Shown: positions 57,974 through 64,000 of the stretch, one piece after another | How positions within the stretch are numbered: the stretch's first letter is position 1 | How the letters are laid out: each line of letters starts with the position of its first letter | NCBI GenBank assembly: GCA_949841325.1 | Contig: CATKZK010000002.1 | Span: 663 to 64,662 of the forward strand | DNA: 64,000 nucleotides | Reading direction: 5' to 3' | Source of the DNA: an uncultured Bacilli bacterium | GTDB lineage: Bacteria; Bacillota_I; Bacilli_A; RF39; UBA660 | Translations under genes and position numbers: made by a program | Notes under the pieces: model-generated | Database searches by the model: none | What the model was told of the DNA's origin: nothing | Seen by the model: only the letters and a program-made list of their open reading frames with translations

Positions 57974-58972
57974 ATGGGTAAGATAACATATTTAGCAAAA
58001 AGAATTGTAAAGATGAATTATAAAAACTTTTTTAAAACCATCCATCAGGTGCATCAAAAAACTGGAAAGAATAAAATTGGAATATTTTTTGATATTGCTG
58101 CTTGTGGATTCAAGTATCAAGCTGGGTATATCGACTATTATCAATTTGAAATGTATAAAATGAATCGTCAAGAGAGAAAGACTATTGTTACAAGGGGAAT
58201 TAATAATAAAATCACAAAGAAGTATAACAATATGAAAGAAGCTTATAAGTTTGAAGATAAAGCTTTGTTTAATGAACTGTTTGATGAATATTTAAATCGT
58301 GATTGGATTCTTTTAAAGGATAATGAAGAAGAATTTAAAGAATTTTTAAAGAATAAAAAAGAGATTATTGTAAAACCATTATCTTTATCATGTGGAAAAG
58401 GTGTAGAAAAATTAAATGTTTCAAAAGTCGATGCTAATAAACTTTATCATAAGCTTGTAAAGAATGGTCAAGTATTAGTAGAAGAAGTGGCAATGCAAAA
58501 TCAGGTACTTAATAATGTTTATGCAAAATCTGTCAATACTTTAAGAATTGTAACGCTTAATAAAAAAGTGGTAGCTGCATTACTTCGTATTGGAAATCAC
58601 GGGAATGTAGTGGATAATTTTAATCATGGAGGAATGGTAACAACGATTGATATTCGATTTGGGAAGGTCAAATATCCTGCTATCGATAAGGAAAAGAATG
58701 TTTACTATGAACATCCAATGACAAAAGCTCCCATTGTGGGTTTACAAATTCCTATGTGGGAAGATGTAAAGAAATTATGTATAGATGCTTGTGAAATTGT
58801 TCCTGAAATAGGCTATGTAGGATGGGATGTTTGTTTAGGGCCAACAGCACCTTGTTTAATTGAAGGAAACGATTTTCCAGGACATGATTTATATCAACTT
58901 CCAGTACATAGAAAAGGAAATACAGGACTACTTCCTCTATTTGAAGAAGCCATGAAAGGAGATAAAAAATGA
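57974..58972 (+). CDS. Sugar-transfer-associated ATP-grasp family protein
   Basis: 332 aa. The N-terminal region (FDIAACGFKYQAGYIDYYQFEMYKMNRQERKTIVT) and ATP-grasp body (IVKPLSLSCGKGVEKL...LVEEV...NTLRIVT...GWDV...IEGN) resemble the ATPgrasp_ST family (from memory). Confidence 0.55.
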   Translation: MGKITYLAKRIVKMNYKNFFKTIHQVHQKTGKNKIGIFFDIAACGFKYQAGYIDYYQFEMYKMNRQERKTIVTRGINNKITKKYNNMKEAYKFEDKALFNELFDEYLNRDWILLKDNEEEFKEFLKNKKEIIVKPLSLSCGKGVEKLNVSKVDANKLYHKLVKNGQVLVEEVAMQNQVLNNVYAKSVNTLRIVTLNKKVVAALLRIGNHGNVVDNFNHGGMVTTIDIRFGKVKYPAIDKEKNVYYEHPMTKAPIVGLQIPMWEDVKKLCIDACEIVPEIGYVGWDVCLGPTAPCLIEGNDFPGHDLYQLPVHRKGNTGLLPLFEEAMKGDKK

Positions 58973-59418
58973 AAGTTGCCATTGCTACTGACCATAATGG
59001 TGTAGAAGAGAAAAAGGAACTTATTGCACTATTGCATAATAAAAATATTCAAGTTATTGATTGTAGTACAGAAAATACCCCTATTGATGACTATCCTGAC
59101 TATGCTTTAAAAGTATCCCATTGTGTGACAAAAGGAGAAGCTCTTTTAGGTGTTTTACTTTGTGGAACAGGAATCGGTATGTCCATTGCAGCCAATAAGA
59201 TAAAGGGAATCCGCTGTGCCAAAGTTAATTCAATAGAGGACGCTCATCTTTCTCGCGAACATAATAATGCGAATATAGTAGCTTTAAGTTATAAGGAACC
59301 AATAGAAGAACTAAAGAAGATGGTACTTGAATTTATTGAAACCCCATTTAGTGAAGATGAAAGACATGTTCGTCGAATTGACAAAATAAGTAAAATGGAG
59401 CAATCATATGACAATTAA
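58969..59418 (+). CDS. rpiB: Ribose-5-phosphate isomerase B (RpiB/LacAB family)
   Basis: MKVAIATDHNG...GVLLCGTGIGMSIAANKIKGIRCA...REHNNANIVAL. Confidence 0.9.
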   Translation: MKVAIATDHNGVEEKKELIALLHNKNIQVIDCSTENTPIDDYPDYALKVSHCVTKGEALLGVLLCGTGIGMSIAANKIKGIRCAKVNSIEDAHLSREHNNANIVALSYKEPIEELKKMVLEFIETPFSEDERHVRRIDKISKMEQSYDN

Positions 59419-59608
59419 GCTCTGTTTTTACGCAGTTTCTTTTATGATTTCAGCTTTTATCGTGTCAGGTATGAATTTAAATCGTCTATTTAAGGAAAAT
59501 CATGTTTGGGAATTTCGTTTCTTTGTTGCCTTTCTTATGATTGCCATGAGTTATATTTTTACTTCTTTTTTATATGATGTACTAGTGATGATAAACTATT
59601 CACTCTAG
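59408..59608 (+). CDS. Small membrane protein (YwzB/DUF1146-like)
   Basis: 66 aa with two TM helices; lies in the neighbourhood upstream of spoIID, comparable with Bacillus ywzB. Confidence 0.45.
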   Translation: MTIKLCFYAVSFMISAFIVSGMNLNRLFKENHVWEFRFFVAFLMIAMSYIFTSFLYDVLVMINYSL

Positions 59609-59617
59609 GAGGATGCA

Positions 59618-60553
59618 ATGAAAAAGATAATGACCCTAATTGTAGTACCAATAGTAGTAATCGGACTCTATTGGTTTTTTTCTTATTTTAATCAAAGTTT
59701 TAAAGATGATATGGTTGTCATTAATGAAATAACGGATTCGACAGAAAAGCAATCGATTAAAGAAAATACATCAACAGAAATAAAGACTTCTAAGATAGCA
59801 GAAGAAAAGCAAAGCTATCCAGATATTGAAGAATACATTGTAGGTGTTGTCGCTTGTGAGATGCCTGCTTTATATGAAGAGGAAGCTTTAAAAGCCCAAG
59901 CAGTAGCTGCTCGTACCTTTGCCCAATATCGATTAGCAAAAAATCCTAATATAAAGCTAGAAAATGAAACAGACCAATGTTATATCGATACAAGTAAGCA
60001 AAGAGAAAAATGGGGAAGCGACTATGAGGTATATTATGAAAAAATCAAAAAAGCGGTCGCTTCAGTAAAGAATGTTATTATGACTCAAAATAATGAATTG
60101 TTTAAATCTTTTTACTTTTCAACATCTAATGGCGTAACTGAAAGTAGTCTAGCTGTATTTGGCGAAGGAAATATAAAATCAGTAGAGTCTTCTTGGGATA
60201 AAGAGAGTAAGAATTATGAAGTCCAAACAGAATTTTTAGAAGAAGAACTAACCACTTTACTTGGAATCTTTAATACAATTGAAATCAAAGAACGAGATAC
60301 AAATCATCATGTAACGAAAGTGAGTGTTGATAATAAAGAAATGAGTGGTATTGAATTTCGCAAGTTGTTATCCCTTAGAAGTACTGATTTTGAAATTACG
60401 AAAACGGATGATCACTATCTCATCACAACTTATGGCTATGGACATGGAGTAGGAATGAGCCAATATGGTGCTAATTATTTAGCAAAATCGGGTCAAACAT
60501 ATGAGAGCATTTTAAAATATTATTATAATGATATTAATTTGAAAACTTATTAG
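59618..60553 (+). CDS. spoIID: Stage II sporulation protein D (lytic transglycosylase)
   Basis: N-terminal TM, EALKAQAVAARTFA, FYFSTSNGVTES, GHGVGMSQYGA motifs. Confidence 0.87.
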   Translation: MKKIMTLIVVPIVVIGLYWFFSYFNQSFKDDMVVINEITDSTEKQSIKENTSTEIKTSKIAEEKQSYPDIEEYIVGVVACEMPALYEEEALKAQAVAARTFAQYRLAKNPNIKLENETDQCYIDTSKQREKWGSDYEVYYEKIKKAVASVKNVIMTQNNELFKSFYFSTSNGVTESSLAVFGEGNIKSVESSWDKESKNYEVQTEFLEEELTTLLGIFNTIEIKERDTNHHVTKVSVDNKEMSGIEFRKLLSLRSTDFEITKTDDHYLITTYGYGHGVGMSQYGANYLAKSGQTYESILKYYYNDINLKTY

Positions 60554-60601
60554 TATAATTTTTCTTAAAATGTAAACACTTTTATTAGGAAAGGTGATTA
60601 T

Positions 60602-61237
60602 ATGAAAAAGAAATTGTACTTAAAAAATTGGGTCATTACGACAGGTATTGCAGTTATTGTAGTTTCAGTGGTTGCTTTAACATCTCTTGTTTCCTCTTCT
60701 ATTTTTTCATCTCTTAACACAGATAATAATTCTTATGTATTAAGAGACTTAGCTTCAACGTATATTCCCGTTAATACAGAAGTAGAAAATAAAGCAAGCA
60801 AACCTTATACAGCAGAGAGTGTAAGTGTACACACGAATTATTATGATGTAAAGAAAGAAAAAGAGGTTCAAGAAAAATCTTTAATTCTTTATGAGAATAC
60901 ATACATGCCAAATACGGGAATTCTTTATAGTGATAAAGAAGCGTTCGATGTTGTTGCTGTTTATGAAGGCGAAGTCTTAAGTATTACAGAAGATGATATC
61001 TTTGGTTCTATTATTGAAATAAAACATACCAATAACATTACTTCTAAATATTCTAGTGTAAAAGATCCAAAAGTATCTGTTGGAGAGACCGTTAATAAAG
61101 GGGAAGTCATTGCCTCAAGTGGAAAAAACAAAATTGTAAGTGAAACTGAAAACATGCTCCTATTTGAATTATTATATAATGGTACTAATGTTAATCCAGA
61201 CGAATATTACGATAAAGATTTTAATGAAATGAGATAA
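60602..61237 (+). CDS. Membrane-anchored degenerate LytM/M23-domain protein (SpoIIQ-like)
   Basis: N-terminal TM. The C-terminal M23-like fold (VVAVYEGEVLSI...IIEIKHTNNITSKYSSV...VGETVNKGEVIASSG) lacks the HxxxD/HxH metal ligands, as in SpoIIQ. Confidence 0.55.
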   Translation: MKKKLYLKNWVITTGIAVIVVSVVALTSLVSSSIFSSLNTDNNSYVLRDLASTYIPVNTEVENKASKPYTAESVSVHTNYYDVKKEKEVQEKSLILYENTYMPNTGILYSDKEAFDVVAVYEGEVLSITEDDIFGSIIEIKHTNNITSKYSSVKDPKVSVGETVNKGEVIASSGKNKIVSETENMLLFELLYNGTNVNPDEYYDKDFNEMR

Positions 61238-61368
61238 TCTGTATTAAAACAATTTATGTCAAATTAACAGATAAAACCATCTATATTTTTTCAAATAAAG
61301 TAACACAGTATGAGGGACGCTATATCAAAAATGGCAAAGTAGATAATGTTGAAAAATTAATCATTTAT

Positions 61369-61764
61369 TTGCGATCTCTTCTTAATAAAGGATTTATTAA
61401 AAATAAATATGTATTTATTCTTGACACACTTCTTTGTCATTCTGATTTATTTTGTTACCGTTATGTCTTTGATCGTATTGGTATTTTAGATTATCGTATT
61501 AAAAATGATGTCGATATTGTGAAGAATCATCTCAATGAAGATAATATCATTATCTTTAATTGGTCAAGTTCTACAAATTATTGTTACTTAAACAAAAATG
61601 AAGTAATTGTATGTCCTCTAAATGTGAAAGTACTCAATCAGTTAGAAAAAAAGTATGCTTTACTAGCAGGAGATATGGAATTACCTAAGAATATTAAAAT
61701 TCCTGTATACCATTATGAAAATGAATTCCATACAATTTTCAATTTTATAAAACAGAAAGTATAA
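61369..61764 (+). CDS. Hypothetical protein (start uncertain; frame open from 61228)
   Basis: The track ORF starts at a TTG with no SD. The same frame stays open for 47 more codons upstream with no ATG/GTG/TTG. Confidence 0.4.
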   Translation: MRSLLNKGFIKNKYVFILDTLLCHSDLFCYRYVFDRIGILDYRIKNDVDIVKNHLNEDNIIIFNWSSSTNYCYLNKNEVIVCPLNVKVLNQLEKKYALLAGDMELPKNIKIPVYHYENEFHTIFNFIKQKV

Positions 61765-61828
61765 TGATGACTTTCTATTTTTTTTTGTGATAATTTATAA
61801 AAAAGACCAAAGAGGAAGGAGAAAGTAT

Positions 61829-62365
61829 ATGTATATATTTTTAGCTATAGATGTTGATAATGAGCTTTCAGAAATAAAAAATAGAGCAAAGTTAATAGAT
61901 GAAAGTATTGGTTTTGAAAATTCCTGTTTTACTCTACCTTTGCATATTTCATTAAAGGCATCTTTTAAAATTGATGATTCTATTTTCAATAATGTTATAG
62001 AAGAAGTAATCCATTATTACTTATCTATACAACCGTTTAAAATAGATATTTATAAATTAGAAATGTATGACAATATAATATGGATAAGATGCCATCGAAA
62101 CAAAGACTTAGATAAAGTACATGATGATTTGAATAGTATTTTATTAGAAAATTATAACATTAGATTACATGAATATGATTTAAATTATAAATATCATACG
62201 ACTCTATTTATGGATGATAACATAGATAATATTAAAGGAGCTTATAATTTAATAAATAAAATAGAATTACCACAAAGCATTCTTGCAAATCGTTTTATTA
62301 TTGGTGTTTCGGAAACAGGCGAATTAGGATCTTATACTATTTATAAGAGAGTAAAAAGAAAATGA
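61829..62365 (+). CDS. 2H phosphoesterase superfamily protein (LigT/2'-5' RNA ligase-like)
   Basis: Two HxS/T motifs (LPLHISLKA and YKYHTTLFM). Start MYIFLAIDVD after SD GGAAGGAG (internal start chosen). Confidence 0.65.
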   Translation: MYIFLAIDVDNELSEIKNRAKLIDESIGFENSCFTLPLHISLKASFKIDDSIFNNVIEEVIHYYLSIQPFKIDIYKLEMYDNIIWIRCHRNKDLDKVHDDLNSILLENYNIRLHEYDLNYKYHTTLFMDDNIDNIKGAYNLINKIELPQSILANRFIIGVSETGELGSYTIYKRVKRK

Positions 62366-62388
62366 TAAAATATTAGCATTATAAATAT

Positions 62389-62418
62389 AACTACTATGCC
62401 ATTGCCTAGTAGTTTTTT
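62389..62418 (+). terminator. Intrinsic terminator after the 2H phosphoesterase gene
   Basis: AACTACTA-tgccattgcc-TAGTAGTT followed by a T-run. Confidence 0.65.
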
Positions 62419-62526
62419 AAAATTTTTATATATTTAACAACTTATAAAAGAATAATTTGATATAATAAAAAGGACATAAGAAAATGTCCATTCACTAGCT
62501 AACTATATGAAAGATTCATTATAAAA

Positions 62527-62625
62527 TAAAAAAACGAAGCAGTCCCCCTGAGAACTGCTTCAAAGAATAAAAAGGGGTTGGCTAGTGTGATACTAGCACC
62601 AATTCGCATGTAAGTGAATTGGTGA
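62527..62625 (-). ncRNA. Candidate small RNA (about 100 nt), unassigned family
   Basis: Minus-strand promoter TTGACA (62659-62654), 17 nt, TAGTAT (62636-62631). Then hairpins CACCAATTC/GAATTGGTG and GCTAGT/ACTAGC, an unpaired CAACCCCUUUUU, and terminator GAAGCAGU-loop-ACUGCUUC plus U7. No ORF. Alternatively the same hairpins belong to a plus-strand recG leader. Confidence 0.35.
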
Positions 62626-62701
62626 TATATATACTAATCGAAAAGGGTATTTTTGTCAACACTTTTTTTACTTTTTTTATATATTTTTGAGGAGTGGTAA
62701 A

Positions 62702-64000
62702 ATGGAACTTACAGAAATTAAAGGAGTAGGTCCTAAAACATATGAACATTTAGCAAAATTGGGAATTCATACAGTAGATGAATTAATTCGTTATTATCCC
62801 TATCGCTATAATGTATATTCGCCAACAAATATTTTAGATGCAAGTGAAGAGGAGACAATTGTAATCACAGGCAAAGTCATCTCTCCTGCAAAAGTTTCCT
62901 ATATTAAAAGAAACTTTAATCGTCTGCTTTTTTCTATTGAAACATGCAATATCACAACTTCTGTAGTCATATACAATCGTGCTTTTTTAAGTACACATTT
63001 AAAAATAGGAAAAGCAATTACTCTAATTGGGAAATACAATCGTTTAAAAAATACCTTTACAGCAAATGATATTAAATTTTATGGACTTACTAAAACTGAA
63101 GTCGAACCTGTTTATCATGTTATCAGTGGAATAAAAGGTTCTACTCTCTCAAGTGTTATAGAAAATGCATTAGAAAGATGTCAAGATATAAGTGAAATTA
63201 TTCCAACTTATATTGGAGCCCAATATGGATTTATGGAGACAAAAAAGGCCATTCAAGAAATCCATCATCCTACATCCTTAGACAATTTAAAACAAGCAAA
63301 GCTAAAACTCAAGTATGAGGAATTATTTGAATTCATGTTTAAAATGAATTTGATGAAATTTAAAAATCAAATTTATGATGATTATATAAAGAAAGAGGTA
63401 AGAGAAGAACATCTTGAGGCGATTTTAAAAACTATTCCCTTTTCATTAACGAAGGATCAGCATTTGGCAATACAGGAAATAATGGAAGACTTTCGTGGAC
63501 CTAAAAGAATGAATCGTTTAATCTTGGGAGATGTAGGAAGTGGAAAGACCATCGTTAGTTTTATTGCTATTCTTTTAAATCTTGAAGTCGGCTATCAAAG
63601 TGCGTTGCTTTCGCCAACAGAAGTATTGGCGCGCCAACATTATGAAAATTTTACTACATTATTTCCTCATATTCGAGTTGCATTGCTTGTTGGATCTCAA
63701 AAGAAATCAGAAAAGAAGGAGATTATCGAACAAATAAAAAATAACGAGATTGATGTCGTAATTGGAACTCATGCCTTATTAGAAGAAAATGTAGAATTTT
63801 ATAATATTGGTCTTGTTATTACCGATGAACAACATCGCTTTGGTGTGAATCAAAGAAAAACATTACAAAATAAAGGAAAATATGCTGATGTTCTCTATAT
63901 GTCAGCAACTCCCATTCCAAGAACATATGCCTTAACTATCTATGGTGATATGGATATTTCAATGATTAAAGATAAACCTGCTGGAAGAAAAGAAATTCTC
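62702..64000 (+). CDS. recG: ATP-dependent DNA helicase RecG (N-terminal about 433 codons; continues beyond window)
   Basis: My translation: MELTEIKGVGPKTYEHLAKLGIHTVDELIRYYPYRY..., wedge domain, then LTKDQHLAIQEI, Walker A GDVGSGKT, and DEQHRFGV. Not in the track because it runs off the edge. Confidence 0.9.
   Translation, partial: MELTEIKGVGPKTYEHLAKLGIHTVDELIRYYPYRYNVYSPTNILDASEEETIVITGKVISPAKVSYIKRNFNRLLFSIETCNITTSVVIYNRAFLSTHLKIGKAITLIGKYNRLKNTFTANDIKFYGLTKTEVEPVYHVISGIKGSTLSSVIENALERCQDISEIIPTYIGAQYGFMETKKAIQEIHHPTSLDNLKQAKLKLKYEELFEFMFKMNLMKFKNQIYDDYIKKEVREEHLEAILKTIPFSLTKDQHLAIQEIMEDFRGPKRMNRLILGDVGSGKTIVSFIAILLNLEVGYQSALLSPTEVLARQHYENFTTLFPHIRVALLVGSQKKSEKKEIIEQIKNNEIDVVIGTHALLEENVEFYNIGLVITDEQHRFGVNQRKTLQNKGKYADVLYMSATPIPRTYALTIYGDMDISMIKDKPAGRKEIL

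Noticed and set aside
62570-62640. A possible tRNA or tRNA-like gene in the hairpin-rich region upstream of recG
   Set aside because: No cloverleaf can be drawn, there is no GTTCRANYC T-loop or D-loop consensus, and hairpin lengths are wrong for a tRNA.

Overview
This window is the origin-of-replication neighbourhood of a low-GC, endospore-forming Firmicute (Bacillota). All calls come from reading the sequence and the supplied ORF track; no database search or alignment was run.

Layout:
- Left arm, minus strand (1-29.6 kb): a very large surface protein that runs off the window start, then yabG, rsmA, a 3D-domain protein, tatD, metG with a T-box leader, mfd, pth, a yabB-like methyltransferase, yaaT/ricT, holB, a bofA-like gene, recR, ybaB, dnaX, tadA, a small SRP RNA, a 0.67 kb non-coding array of eight parS sites, gyrA, gyrB, recF, a ComK-like gene, dnaN and dnaA.
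- Origin: DnaA-box clusters lie on both sides of dnaA, giving a bipartite oriC. A TAATAATAA DnaA-trio-like run sits next to two tandem boxes just upstream of dnaN.
- Right arm, plus strand: rpmH, rnpA, yidC, jag, mnmE, mnmG, rsmG and parB (no soj/parA or noc), a convergent class A PBP, rpoE, prfA, prmC, spoIIR, murA and rpmE.
- Accessory block (44.4-58.9 kb): a LysR regulator and a long Gfo/Idh/MocA-like protein, then the most unusual locus (47.2-57.3 kb).
- After the block: rpiB, spoIID, a spoIIQ-like gene, small hypotheticals, a 2H phosphoesterase, a candidate small RNA and the start of recG.

The unusual locus at 47.2-57.3 kb reads, in order:
- a phage tail-collar-like protein;
- a roughly 2,060-aa RHS/YD-repeat polymorphic toxin with no recognisable export signal and a C-terminal GIY-YIG (URI-type) nuclease;
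- its putative immunity gene;
- a frameshifted second tail-collar paralog;
- an M23-LysM peptidoglycan hydrolase, also frameshifted in a poly-A run;
- a TcdE-family holin;
- an ArpU-like regulator with its own sigma-A-type promoter.

I interpret this as a possible phage-derived, lysis-coupled release system for an RHS toxin, though a decaying prophage remnant is a real alternative. The other main finding is the plasmid-centromere-like density of the parS array.
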